Shown: positions 29,586 to 39,653 of the stretch, piece after piece
How the letters are laid out: every line of letters begins with the position of its first letter
Numbering within the stretch: position 1 is the first letter of the stretch
NCBI GenBank assembly: GCA_043745805.1
Contig: JAYTSD010000017.1
Location: forward strand, 128,001-192,000
Direction: 5' to 3'
Source of the DNA: Fibrobacteria bacterium
GTDB taxonomy: Bacteria > Fibrobacterota > Fibrobacteria > UBA11236
DNA length: 64,000 nt
The notes under the pieces: generated by a model
What the model was told of the DNA's origin: nothing
Seen by the model: the letters and a program-made list of their open reading frames with translations, nothing else
Databases searched by the model: none
Made by a program: the position numbers and the translations under genes

Positions 29586-30574
29586 GCAATGTAGACATAC
29601 AAGCCATCACCGAAAAAGTAAAAGTTGAAAGCGCCATTATCCAAAGAGTTTTAGAAGAACTCGGGCAAACGGTGATTGGCCAAAAAAATATGTTAGAGAA
29701 GCTGATGATCGGTTTATTAGCCGACGGGCATGTGCTACTCGAAGGTGTGCCAGGCTTGGCTAAAACCACGGCGGTTAAAGCGCTTGCGGCAACGATTCAA
29801 TGTCATTTTAATCGCATTCAATTCACTCCCGATTTATTGCCAGCCGATTTAGTGGGTACTTTAATTTTCAATCCTAAAAGCGGTGAATTTAATGTGAAGC
29901 GCGGCCCGATTTTTTCCAACATTGTATTGGCCGATGAAATCAATCGCGCGCCTTCCAAAGTGCAATCGGCTTTGCTCGAAGCCATGCAAGAAAAGCAAGT
30001 AACTATTGGCGATACCACCTATCCCCTACCTAAACTCTTTTTGGTTTTGGCCACGCAAAATCCCGTGGAACAAGAAGGAACATATCCTTTACCCGAAGCG
30101 CAAGTGGATCGCTTTATGCTCAAAGTAACTCTAGGTTACCCTACCAAGGCCGAAGAAAAAGCCATTGTGAATGCGGTTTCGGGTAGTGGTTTGCATATGC
30201 CAAAGGTGATTACCACCGAAGAAGAAATTTTAAAAGCGCGTCATGTGGTACAAGAGATTTATATCGATGATAAAATTACCGATTATATTATTAATCTCGT
30301 TGCCGCCACACGCGATCCGATGGGACATGGAATTAAAGATTTAGCGAATCTTATTGAATATGGAGCTTCGCCAAGAACAGGCATTAGCTTGGCCAAGGCG
30401 GCAAAGGCGCATGCTTTAATTCGAGGTCGTGGCTATGTTACTCCTGAAGATGTGAAAGCCATTGGTATGGAAGTGATGAAGCATCGCGTCATTTTAACTT
30501 ATGAAGCTGAAGCCGAAGAAATCAAATCGGAAAACATTATCCAACGTGTTTTTGATAGCATAGAAGTTCCTTAA
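29582..30574 (+). CDS. moxR: MoxR family AAA+ ATPase
   Basis: LLEGVPGLAKT, RIQFTPDLLPAD, LADEINRA, ATQNPVEQEGTYPLPEAQVDRF. Confidence 0.95.
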   Translation: MSNVDIQAITEKVKVESAIIQRVLEELGQTVIGQKNMLEKLMIGLLADGHVLLEGVPGLAKTTAVKALAATIQCHFNRIQFTPDLLPADLVGTLIFNPKSGEFNVKRGPIFSNIVLADEINRAPSKVQSALLEAMQEKQVTIGDTTYPLPKLFLVLATQNPVEQEGTYPLPEAQVDRFMLKVTLGYPTKAEEKAIVNAVSGSGLHMPKVITTEEEILKARHVVQEIYIDDKITDYIINLVAATRDPMGHGIKDLANLIEYGASPRTGISLAKAAKAHALIRGRGYVTPEDVKAIGMEVMKHRVILTYEAEAEEIKSENIIQRVFDSIEVP

Positions 30575-30641
30575 TTTAAATACAAAAGAGTTAAGCTGAG
30601 TACGGAATAATCGTTAAAGAAGAGTTAGCATTATTTAAATC

Positions 30642-31529
30642 ATGATCTCAAAAGAAGTTTTAAAAAAAGTTCGCCAAATAGAAATACGCACCAGCAGTAT
30701 CGTGAATTCGGTATTGTCCGGAGCTTATTCATCTTCCTTTAAAGGACGTGGAATGGAATTCGCGGAAGTGCGCGAATATATTCCAGGAGATGAAATTCGT
30801 TCCATTGATTGGAATGTTACGGCTAGAACTGGTGTACCCTATGTTAAAAAATTTATTGAAGAACGTGAGCTTACGGTTATTTTGGTGGTGGACGCTAGTT
30901 CTTCTGGTGAATTTGGAAGTCAAAGTGAAATGAAAGGTGAAGTGATGGCGACAATTACCGCCTTACTTGCTTTTTCGGCTATTAAAAATAATGATCGCGT
31001 AGGATTACTCATTTTTACTTCGCAAGTGGAAAAATTTATTCCTCCCCAAAAGGGTAAGAAGCACGTGTTACGTGTCATACGTGAGTTACTTTATTTTAAA
31101 CCCAAAGAAAAAGGCACCAATCTTTCGTTGGCTTTGGAATATCTCAACAAAATTTTAAAGCGTAAAGCCGTGGTGTTTTTAGTCTCGGATTTTGCCACGG
31201 GAGATTTCGAAAAACCCATTAAAATGTTGCAACGCAAGCATGATAGCGTAGCTATAACGGTTCTCGATCCACGTGAAAAAGAATTACCCAATGTGGGCTT
31301 TATTGAATTTGAAGATGCGGAAACCGGAGAAATTATTTTAGTGGATACTGGGGATGCCGATTTTCGCCAAACTTTTAAAAAAGAAGCCATTAAAGAAAGT
31401 ACTGTTTTAAAGCGTTTGTTTCGCAAATTAAAAATGGACTATGTGGAAATTATTATTCAAAACAATTATGACAATACGATACAGCCTCTTTTGGAATATT
31501 TCCGAAAAAGAGCCGCTAAACTTTCTTAA
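30642..31529 (+). CDS. DUF58 (vWA-like) MoxR partner
   Basis: GRGMEFAEVREY.PGDE.R.IDWNVTAR, NNDRVGL, SDF. Confidence 0.92.
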   Translation: MISKEVLKKVRQIEIRTSSIVNSVLSGAYSSSFKGRGMEFAEVREYIPGDEIRSIDWNVTARTGVPYVKKFIEERELTVILVVDASSSGEFGSQSEMKGEVMATITALLAFSAIKNNDRVGLLIFTSQVEKFIPPQKGKKHVLRVIRELLYFKPKEKGTNLSLALEYLNKILKRKAVVFLVSDFATGDFEKPIKMLQRKHDSVAITVLDPREKELPNVGFIEFEDAETGEIILVDTGDADFRQTFKKEAIKESTVLKRLFRKLKMDYVEIIIQNNYDNTIQPLLEYFRKRAAKLS

Positions 31530-31550
31530 ATTCGTCGGAAAAAAATCTTC

Positions 31551-32516
31551 ATGAAATTTCGTTCACTAGGATTACTTGCTTTAATTTGGCTTGCATTAAG
31601 CGGGCAAATGTCCTTTGCAGCTGATGTGAGCATTGTTTCGAATGTGGATCATGCCGAGATCACTATTGGCGATCGCATTACCTATAAAATTGAAATTCAA
31701 TTTCCATTAGAGGGGCATATTGAATTGCCTTCCGTATTAGGAAATTTAGGAAGCTTTGAAGTTAAAGATTATAAAAACGCTGAACCACGCAAAGAAGGTG
31801 ATCATCGAGTACAGGTTTGGACTTTTAATCTCTCTACTTTTACCGTAGGTAAATATGCTATACCGCCACAAGAAGTAAAATACTTTGCGGGACAGGACAC
31901 TTCGTCAAAAATTTATTTCACTCAGCCCATTGAAATCAATGTAAAACGTACTTCGCCGGAAACCGTAAAAGATATTGCTGACATTCAAGATTTAATATCA
32001 GTAGAAAATTCTAAAATTGGACTTTATCTCCTCTTTGGATTGTTAATGACTATTGTTTTAGGATTTGGCATTTGGTGGAAGCTTAGAAGGAATAAAAATG
32101 GTGTTGCGATGGATAAGCCTCGCTTACCTCCATTTGAAGAAGCCTTAGAATATTTGAAAAACTTAAGGCAAGAAAAATTAATCGCGCAAAACAAAAGCAA
32201 AAACTTTTGCTTTCAATTGTCTGAAGTTTTACGTCGTTATTTAGATAGACGTTTTGCCTCGGCAACTTTAGAAAGTACCACGAGCGAGTTTTTGCAAAAA
32301 TTAAACAGCTTACCTTTAACGGTTTTACAAAAGGAATGGATTGCACGCTTTTGTGAAAAAACTGATTTTGTAAAATTTGCAAATGCGATGCTAACAGAAG
32401 CAGAAGGCGAAGAACTTTTACAGCAAGTGGAAAAATTTCTTCAGCAAACCAAACCGACGGAAACAGAAAATAAAGGTAACCCAGAGAATACCCCTCATTC
32501 AGAAGGGAGAGCTTAA
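31551..32516 (+). CDS. BatD-like / DUF4381-like membrane protein
   Basis: Signal, IGDRI.Y.I Ig domain, TM, LRRYL..RF...LESTTSE, DFVKFA. Confidence 0.78.
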   Translation: MKFRSLGLLALIWLALSGQMSFAADVSIVSNVDHAEITIGDRITYKIEIQFPLEGHIELPSVLGNLGSFEVKDYKNAEPRKEGDHRVQVWTFNLSTFTVGKYAIPPQEVKYFAGQDTSSKIYFTQPIEINVKRTSPETVKDIADIQDLISVENSKIGLYLLFGLLMTIVLGFGIWWKLRRNKNGVAMDKPRLPPFEEALEYLKNLRQEKLIAQNKSKNFCFQLSEVLRRYLDRRFASATLESTTSEFLQKLNSLPLTVLQKEWIARFCEKTDFVKFANAMLTEAEGEELLQQVEKFLQQTKPTETENKGNPENTPHSEGRA

Positions 32517-33514
32517 TGAATCTCCCACATTTTCAAAACCCATGGTTTTTATTGGCTCTATTTGTATTGCCTATATTAATTTGGGATTATTTTCATAAAC
32601 AACAAAAGCGAAAAGCCAGTATTCGCTTCCCTTCTCTGCAAATTGTGAAACGTATTCCACAAGGTTGGGCTTATAAAGCGCGGCATTCCCTGCTGGTTTT
32701 AAGACTTTGTGCCATTGCCTTACTCAGTATTGCCTTAGCAAGACCACAATGGGGCGAATCCATTGAAGATATTAGTACTAATGGCGTAGATATCATGTTG
32801 GCATTGGATATTTCCAGTTCTATGCGTACGATGGACTTTAAACCGAATAATCGACTTTTTGTCGCCAAACAAGTGATAGAAGATTTTGTACTGGGTCGTA
32901 AACACGATAGAATCGGTTTGGTGGTTTTTTCGGGAAAAAGTTTTACGCAATGCCCTTTAACTTTAGATTATGGAATTCTTACGCAATTTTTACAAAGAAC
33001 CGATTTCGGGATGGTGGAAGATGGTACAGCCATTGGAACCGCTATTTTAAATGGTGTAAATCGTTTAAGAAATAGTGATGCAAAAAGTAAAATCATAATT
33101 CTCTTAACCGACGGATCTAATAATTCCGGTGAAGTAGATCCCATAACCGCAGCAAAGGCGGCACAGGCATTAGGGATAAAAATTTATACCATTGGAGTGG
33201 GAAAAGATGGTGATCAGCCTTTAGAAATAGACGATCCTATTTTTGGAAAACGTATAGTGAGCGTGCGTACCGATGTGGATGTAAATATTTTGAAACAAAT
33301 TGCAGAGAGTACCCATGCTAAATTTTATCGCGCACAAGATGCCGAAGCCTTAGTGGATATTTATCAGAATATTGATAAGCTGGAAAAAACGGAAATCAAG
33401 ACGACTAGTTATTATCGCTATCATGAACTCTTTTATAATATTGCTATTGCTAGTCTTATACTTATTCTGCTGGAAATAGTTCTCGCTAATACAAGGTTTA
33501 TGAAAATCCCATGA
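32516..33514 (+). CDS. batA: vWA domain protein BatA
   Basis: FQNPWFL, LARPQ, DISSSM, DRIGLVVF, LLTDG.NN.G, IDKLEK. Confidence 0.9.
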   Translation: MNLPHFQNPWFLLALFVLPILIWDYFHKQQKRKASIRFPSLQIVKRIPQGWAYKARHSLLVLRLCAIALLSIALARPQWGESIEDISTNGVDIMLALDISSSMRTMDFKPNNRLFVAKQVIEDFVLGRKHDRIGLVVFSGKSFTQCPLTLDYGILTQFLQRTDFGMVEDGTAIGTAILNGVNRLRNSDAKSKIIILLTDGSNNSGEVDPITAAKAAQALGIKIYTIGVGKDGDQPLEIDDPIFGKRIVSVRTDVDVNILKQIAESTHAKFYRAQDAEALVDIYQNIDKLEKTEIKTTSYYRYHELFYNIAIASLILILLEIVLANTRFMKIP

Positions 33515-34536
33515 GATTTGGTTCCCCACAAAGCCTTTGGCTGCTTTTATTATTGCCTATTATGGCTGGATTTTTTCTTTATGCTTATCGACGCAAAAGA
33601 AAAACCTTGCAGCGCTTTGCGCAAGTAGAGATGCTGCGCAAAATGACAGATCAAATTTCCTATTGGAGACAAGGGTTAAAATCAATAATGCTTTTGTTAG
33701 GACTTTTTTTCCTAATCATTGCTTTAAGTCGTCCGCAATGGGGCACTAAAATGGAACTCATGAAACGCAAAGGCTTAGACATTGTTATCGCGGTGGATGT
33801 TTCCCTATCCATGTATGCCGAAGATATTAAACCCAATCGCCTAGCAAGAGCCAAACAAGAAATAGGAAAATTTGTTGATCGCTTAAGTGGTGATCGCGTG
33901 GGACTAGTCGCTTTTGCAGGAGATGCTTTTATGCAATGTCCGTTAACTACGGATTATAGTGCCTTAAAAATATTTTTAGATGTCCTAGGTCCTGACCTCA
34001 TTGAAACTCCTGGCACATCTTTGGGAGCGGCTTTAGAAACCTCCATGAAAGCTTTTGATCCCAAAGAAAGAAAATATCGCGTTATTTTATTATTAACCGA
34101 CGGTGAAGAAAATAATGAGCATGCCGAAAAATATGCGGAAGAAGCCGCTAAGCTAGGTATTTCGATATTTACCGTAGGCATTGGATCTTTAAATGGCGTT
34201 CCCATTCCCTTAAAAGATGGTCAAGGTAATGTGAATTATAAAAAAGATCCCGATGGAAATATTGTCACAACAAAATTGGATGAAGATGTATTGTTAAAAA
34301 TTGCTTCCGCGACCAATGGAAAATATTATCATGCAGAACCCGGACGCTTTGAATTAGAAGAAGTACTAAAACAAATTAATACTATGGAAAAGCGAGAATT
34401 AGAAGGACAAAAACTAACACAGTATGAAGATCGTTTTCAAATCCCTTTAATCTTGGCTTTTATCTGTTTATTACTAGAAATGTTAATTCCCGATCGTAAA
34501 AAAAGGAAAACCGAATGGACGGGACGATTCTCATGA
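33511..34536 (+). CDS. batB: vWA domain protein BatB
   Basis: RPQWG, DVSLSM.AEDIKPNRL, PLTTDY, LTDGE. Confidence 0.9.
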   Translation: MRFGSPQSLWLLLLLPIMAGFFLYAYRRKRKTLQRFAQVEMLRKMTDQISYWRQGLKSIMLLLGLFFLIIALSRPQWGTKMELMKRKGLDIVIAVDVSLSMYAEDIKPNRLARAKQEIGKFVDRLSGDRVGLVAFAGDAFMQCPLTTDYSALKIFLDVLGPDLIETPGTSLGAALETSMKAFDPKERKYRVILLLTDGEENNEHAEKYAEEAAKLGISIFTVGIGSLNGVPIPLKDGQGNVNYKKDPDGNIVTTKLDEDVLLKIASATNGKYYHAEPGRFELEEVLKQINTMEKRELEGQKLTQYEDRFQIPLILAFICLLLEMLIPDRKKRKTEWTGRFS

Positions 34537-35396
34537 AAAATTTTAAAGGCTTTTTTATTGTCGGCTTTATCTGCCTTATGGGTTCTTTATTGCCAGCTAA
34601 TTTATGGGCGCAGGATTCGAATTCTATAAGTGCAGAAAATAACTCCTCTCCTCGTTTATCGACATGGTTTCGCGGGACATTGCAAGCTCTGCATTTAAGC
34701 CCATCTCCCCTTAAGGAAGCGCAAAAAGCTTATGCCAATGGCGATTATGATTTGGCGGTGCAAAAGTTTTCTGAAGCCGAACTCGATCATCCTAATTCTC
34801 AAGCCTTGGCTTATAATACCGGCAATGCATTATTCAAAAAAAAGCAATACGACTTGGCTATACCGGCATTTAAAAAAGCTTTAAATGGAACCGATACTAA
34901 AGTGGCCGCGGCCGCCTATTATAATTTAGGGAATGCGCATTTTCGTAAAGGGGAATTTGCCATTCAAAGTGGTAAGCAAGAAGGTTTACAAGATTATCGC
35001 GAAGCCATGGCAAATTATAAAAAGTCATTGGAAATTATTCCACAAAATATCGATGCGAAGCGTAATGTTGAAGTCGTACAAGCACGCATCAAAGAATTAC
35101 TTGATAGACAAAAACAGGATCAAAAAGATCAACAAAAAAACAATCAACCTCCTCCTGAACCCAGCGAAAAGGCTAAAGCGGTTTTAGCGCGCGCTATGCA
35201 ATTAGTTGAACAAAGAAAGTATGCCGAGGCAAAGAATATTTTAGAACAAATTATTCAAGAAGATCCTACCGCTGCCAGTTATAAATCGCATGTACAGCGT
35301 ATTGACGATGTGGAAAAAATCCTCCGTGGTGAAATACCAACCGCTCCCAAAAGTCAAGACCCAAGAGCACAACAAAATGGCGTGGGTGTGATATGA
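34533..35396 (+). CDS. TPR protein, BatC-like N-terminal part
   Basis: AYNTGNALF and YYNLGNAHF TPRs, DAKRN.E. Confidence 0.8.
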   Translation: MKNFKGFFIVGFICLMGSLLPANLWAQDSNSISAENNSSPRLSTWFRGTLQALHLSPSPLKEAQKAYANGDYDLAVQKFSEAELDHPNSQALAYNTGNALFKKKQYDLAIPAFKKALNGTDTKVAAAAYYNLGNAHFRKGEFAIQSGKQEGLQDYREAMANYKKSLEIIPQNIDAKRNVEVVQARIKELLDRQKQDQKDQQKNNQPPPEPSEKAKAVLARAMQLVEQRKYAEAKNILEQIIQEDPTAASYKSHVQRIDDVEKILRGEIPTAPKSQDPRAQQNGVGVI

Positions 35397-36010
35397 AATT
35401 AAGCAAACTTATGAGCCATACTTTTGGATTTGTTTTTTTATTGTTGGGCTCCACATTTGCAAAAATGGCGGATGATTATTTACATGCGGCTTCGGCTAAA
35501 TATATTGGTGGACGCATGCAAGAAGCAGGTATTGAAGTGGAAGAAGGCTTACGCCAATACCCAAATGACGCGAAGTTGAAAAACTTAAATGGACTGCTAA
35601 AACAAATGAAGGATCAGCAGAATAAAGATCAACAAAAAAACGATCCGCAAAATCAGGATCAAAAAGACAAGCAAGACAAAGAAAACAAAGACAAAAATCA
35701 AAATGGCCAGGGTGAGCAAAAACCCAAGGATCAAAAAGATTCCGCCCAAGATAAAAAGTCGAAAGAGGATAAAAAGCAGGACGCAAAACCTGAAGATAAA
35801 AAACCGCAACCAAATCCATCGGATAGCGCACAAAATAAAGATCCCAAAGATAGCGCAAAAGGCGAAAATGGAAAAGCACCACTTCCAGGAGAAATGAGCA
35901 AGGAAGATGCTGAGCGTTTATTAAATTCTTATCAGGATGATGAAAAGAAAGAACATCGTAATATGCAAAACAAGCAAAGAAAGCGAGTACAAGTTGAAAA
36001 GGATTGGTAA
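35393..36010 (+). CDS. Exported protein with Q/D/K low-complexity linker and BatC-type C-terminus
   Basis: Signal peptide, QDK-rich spacer, MSKEDAERLL...VEKDW tail. Confidence 0.75.
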   Translation: MKLSKLMSHTFGFVFLLLGSTFAKMADDYLHAASAKYIGGRMQEAGIEVEEGLRQYPNDAKLKNLNGLLKQMKDQQNKDQQKNDPQNQDQKDKQDKENKDKNQNGQGEQKPKDQKDSAQDKKSKEDKKQDAKPEDKKPQPNPSDSAQNKDPKDSAKGENGKAPLPGEMSKEDAERLLNSYQDDEKKEHRNMQNKQRKRVQVEKDW

Positions 36011-37790
36011 GCTTTTTTACCACCTCTTTTTTTCGGGATTATTTTTGGTTTCTGGGGTAAACGCTGAAATCTTAAATGCGACGGCATCATTATCTTCCGG
36101 TCAGGCGGGAACGGGAGAGGCGATACAATTGACGGTACAAATCGCCACTGACGAGCAAGCTGCAAAACTGCCTTGGCCTCAAATTGAGGGATTAGGTAAC
36201 TTTACGGTAACTAAAAACTCAGGGTCTTCAGCTAATTCTCAAACGACTATTATTAATGGCAAGATTTCACAGTCTTCCGTTTATGTTACCAATTTTATCT
36301 ATACTCTCGTTTCCAACAAACCCGGAACTTATTCCATTGGACCCATTAGCTATAGTTATAAAAACTTTACAAAAACTTTAGGTAGCGCAAGTATTACCAT
36401 TAGCAAGCAAGAATCGGGTTTACAATTAGTGCCGAGCCTATCAAAACGGCAAGCTTATGTTGGGGAGCAGTTAACTTATATGTTACGTATTATTCCTAAT
36501 GCGAATGTACAAAAGGTAACGCCTCCCGATTTTCAAAAAGTCATAGGTGAAAAGTTTTGGTTCCAACACTTAGACAAAGATGTGCAAGCAAAAAATGTGG
36601 TGATCAATGGTCAAAATGCTAGAGTATTTGATGTGCGCATAGTGCTTTTTCCTTTGCTTAGTGGAACAACGGAATTACCTGGTGTGTCCGTTGATTATCA
36701 ACAAATTTCAAGAAGCACGCGAAGACATCGTACCGGATCGATTTTTGATATGCTGGATGATGATGCCTTTTTTGGTGGTGGATCGATTGCCAATTTAACG
36801 GCACAAAGTAGCCCTATGAGCTTGGAAATAAAACCCTTGCCAGGAGGTGCTCCCAGTGATTTTTCGGGTGCGGTTGGGCAATATACTTTGTCCGCAAATA
36901 TTGATAAAAACACCTTGGCTTCAGGTGAGGCTTTGACTTTAACTATTACGATTAAGGGAAATGGTGAGCCGAAAACCATAACTAAACCCTTATTACCTGA
37001 TCTTTCTTCATTCGAAATTTTTGATCCCGAAATTAATTCTAGCACCAATGTAATTGGTAATACTTTGTGGACCACTAAAACTTTTAAATATGTATTAGTG
37101 CCACATAGAGTAGGCAATACGGAAATTGGTCCTATAGGTTTTTCTTTTTTCAATTCCGAAAAAGGAATTTACACTTCAGCAAAATCGCAACCCTATTCCA
37201 TTACTATTAAGCAAGGCAAGGAAATGGAACAACCTCGCAGCTTGGTATCAAATCAAAAGGAAATTACCGAATTAGGATCGGATATTCGTCATATCAAAGG
37301 AAATACCACGGTGCTAATTCGTGAGAATAATTATCTCTATAAGCATTTTGGTTTTTGGTTTCTGTTCTCCCTCGCTCCCCTAACCTATGCGGGCTTGATG
37401 ATTTTTCGGCGTAGACAAATATTGCTGGCTTCGGATGCTTCTTTAAAGCGTAAAAGTCTTGCGAGTTCGGCTTTGAAGAAAAGAATGAAAGAAGCTCGCG
37501 AAGCGATGCAACAAAGCAAAGGTTCGGCTTTTTATAAAGCTTTGGATCAAGCTATTATTGGATTTATTAGTGATAAACTTAATGTTGAATTTCGCGGTTT
37601 AACGCTGCAAGATGCCAAGCAATTGTTGATACAAAAAGGCGCAAGCACACAAATAGCCGAGGAATATGAAGGTTTAATTCAACAATGTGATTTTGGACAG
37701 TTTTCTGGACAAGATAAAAATGAGGAGCATTGGAAAATGGCTCTGCAAAAAGCCGAAGACATTCTCTCTCGTTTGGAGAAAGAAATATGA
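35994..37790 (+). CDS. batD: BatD protein
   Basis: TTIING, YVGEQ, F.GAVGQY, I.G.G, DIRHIK, TM. TTG 35994 gives a signal peptide. Confidence 0.88.
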   Translation: MKRIGKLFYHLFFSGLFLVSGVNAEILNATASLSSGQAGTGEAIQLTVQIATDEQAAKLPWPQIEGLGNFTVTKNSGSSANSQTTIINGKISQSSVYVTNFIYTLVSNKPGTYSIGPISYSYKNFTKTLGSASITISKQESGLQLVPSLSKRQAYVGEQLTYMLRIIPNANVQKVTPPDFQKVIGEKFWFQHLDKDVQAKNVVINGQNARVFDVRIVLFPLLSGTTELPGVSVDYQQISRSTRRHRTGSIFDMLDDDAFFGGGSIANLTAQSSPMSLEIKPLPGGAPSDFSGAVGQYTLSANIDKNTLASGEALTLTITIKGNGEPKTITKPLLPDLSSFEIFDPEINSSTNVIGNTLWTTKTFKYVLVPHRVGNTEIGPIGFSFFNSEKGIYTSAKSQPYSITIKQGKEMEQPRSLVSNQKEITELGSDIRHIKGNTTVLIRENNYLYKHFGFWFLFSLAPLTYAGLMIFRRRQILLASDASLKRKSLASSALKKRMKEAREAMQQSKGSAFYKALDQAIIGFISDKLNVEFRGLTLQDAKQLLIQKGASTQIAEEYEGLIQQCDFGQFSGQDKNEEHWKMALQKAEDILSRLEKEI

Positions 37791-38566
37791 AAAATATTTT
37801 TCCAAAAGCAAAATTTTTTCTGGCATTAATCATTTTGGCCCTCAATGCGAAATCAAGCTTTGCTTCGCAAGATATGGCCACCGCTTTTTTTAATCAAGCG
37901 AATGCGGCATATGAATATGGCGATTATGCAACGGCTGAAACCATGTATCGTAAAGCTGTTGATGAAGGTGTTGCCAATTCAAAACTCTTTTATAATTATG
38001 CCAATACTTTATTCCGCCTACATAAGCTTGGACCAGCGATTCAGTACTATGAAAAAGGATTAAAGTTATCGCCTGAAGATGAAGATATTCAATACAATTT
38101 AAAATTTGCCAATGCGCAAACTATCGACAAAAACCCAATCCTTGAAAATAATTTCTTCACTAAAGTCCTTTGGTTAATTCACTCCGCTTATTCTATTGCA
38201 CAAGGTTTATGGGCGATTTTACTGCTATTTTCAAGCATATTTCTTTTTGCAGCGATGGCTTTGTTTTTACCCGCAAAATTAAAACCCCTAGGTTATGGTT
38301 TAATGGTTTTGTCTATTTTTTCCATTTTGCTATTGATTCCTTCACTTTGGGTTAAAATCGATCAGCAGGAAAGTGCAAAGTATGCTATTGTTCTAAAACC
38401 CACCGCCGAAATGTTTAGCGGCCCGGGAGATAATTATCAGGTGCTTACCAAAGTGCATGAAGGCACTAAATTCGAAATCATTAATATTACCGGTGAATGG
38501 GTATCGGTGAAGTTACTGAGTGGTAAAGGCGGATTTGTAAAGGCAGCTGACTTAGGAAAGGTTTAA
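37787..38566 (+). CDS. batE: BatE (TPR + 2 TM + SH3b)
   Basis: FNQANAAY, YNYAN, YNL, HEGTK...WV.V....GFV. Confidence 0.88.
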   Translation: MKNIFPKAKFFLALIILALNAKSSFASQDMATAFFNQANAAYEYGDYATAETMYRKAVDEGVANSKLFYNYANTLFRLHKLGPAIQYYEKGLKLSPEDEDIQYNLKFANAQTIDKNPILENNFFTKVLWLIHSAYSIAQGLWAILLLFSSIFLFAAMALFLPAKLKPLGYGLMVLSIFSILLLIPSLWVKIDQQESAKYAIVLKPTAEMFSGPGDNYQVLTKVHEGTKFEIINITGEWVSVKLLSGKGGFVKAADLGKV

Positions 38567-39616
38567 ATGTTTAAGTTCACTGTTTTGGCATTGCTTTCCA
38601 TGGCTGCATTTGGATTTGCGCAACATTCTGCCATAGTTGAATTACCCGATTCCATCGCCGCCGCAGGAACAACCGTACAATGGGTTAAAAAATTACCTAG
38701 CTATTGCGAAGGCCCTGCAATAGATGCCGAAGGAAATCTCTATTTTACGCAACAATCTGGAAATGTTTGGCCCGTTTGGAAAATAAACCCCAGTAACATA
38801 GCGGATACTGGGTCTATTTTCTTAAATACCAATCAAAATAATGGATTAGCTTTTGACGCAAAAGGTCGCTTAGTGGTCGCCCAAAAAGGGAAAATTGGGC
38901 GCTATTTAAAAAATGGGACTTTGGATTCGGTGCTTGGCGTATCGGGATCAGGCGCTACTTTTGGACAAGCCAATGATCTTTCTTTAGGCACTAATGGAGA
39001 CATTTACTTTACCGATTTAGCCAGCAATATTTTTTATATCGACGCAAGCCGTACCCTTAAAACCGCTATTACCGGCCTCAGTGGATGTAATGGCATAGAA
39101 TGGTTGGAAGAACAAAATGCCGTCTATGTTTTTGAAGGCGGTAAAAATCAAATCACTCGCCTCGATATTCAACCCAATGGAAATCTTGGCAATGCGCAAA
39201 AGTTCATTACGGTTACCGGTCCAGATGGCGGCGACGTGGATAGCCATGGAAACTGGTATATCGGCAGTTATTCCCAAGGTGCCGTATTAGTGTTCAATGC
39301 AGCGGCGCAACAAATCGGCAAAATTAGTTTTAAAATGACTGCTGGGATTTATGATACGCGCGCAGGTGATGCGGGTAATATTTGCAATTGCCATTTCGGT
39401 GGGGCCGATAGAAAAACTCTTTATTGCACTGGCGATGGCGGTGCATACAGTATTCAATTAAAAATCCCTGGAAGACAATGGGCTTCAAGTGTCTCCATAA
39501 ACAAATTAAACTACCGTAACCCTATTATTACCCACTCTGCCGAATATTTGGCTGATGGGAAAAAATCAAAGCCGCAGTCGCAACTAAACCTGAAGAAGTT
39601 TAAATCGGTCAAGTAA
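38567..39616 (+). CDS. Secreted SMP-30/gluconolactonase family beta-propeller
   Basis: Signal; EGP, NGL, NDL, NGI, PDG..VD..GN, NCHFGG.D.KTLY. Confidence 0.88.
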   Translation: MFKFTVLALLSMAAFGFAQHSAIVELPDSIAAAGTTVQWVKKLPSYCEGPAIDAEGNLYFTQQSGNVWPVWKINPSNIADTGSIFLNTNQNNGLAFDAKGRLVVAQKGKIGRYLKNGTLDSVLGVSGSGATFGQANDLSLGTNGDIYFTDLASNIFYIDASRTLKTAITGLSGCNGIEWLEEQNAVYVFEGGKNQITRLDIQPNGNLGNAQKFITVTGPDGGDVDSHGNWYIGSYSQGAVLVFNAAAQQIGKISFKMTAGIYDTRAGDAGNICNCHFGGADRKTLYCTGDGGAYSIQLKIPGRQWASSVSINKLNYRNPIITHSAEYLADGKKSKPQSQLNLKKFKSVK

Positions 39617-39653
39617 GAGCAAAAATTTCTAAGGGGAAATAAAATTTCCTGCT

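Noticed and set aside
35600-35870. Repetitive CAAAAAGA/GATAAA DNA as a tandem repeat array or CRISPR
   Set aside because: It encodes the Q/D/K linker; there is no constant repeat-spacer periodicity and no cas genes. Antisense ORFs 35496-36023 and 35597-35833 are shadows.
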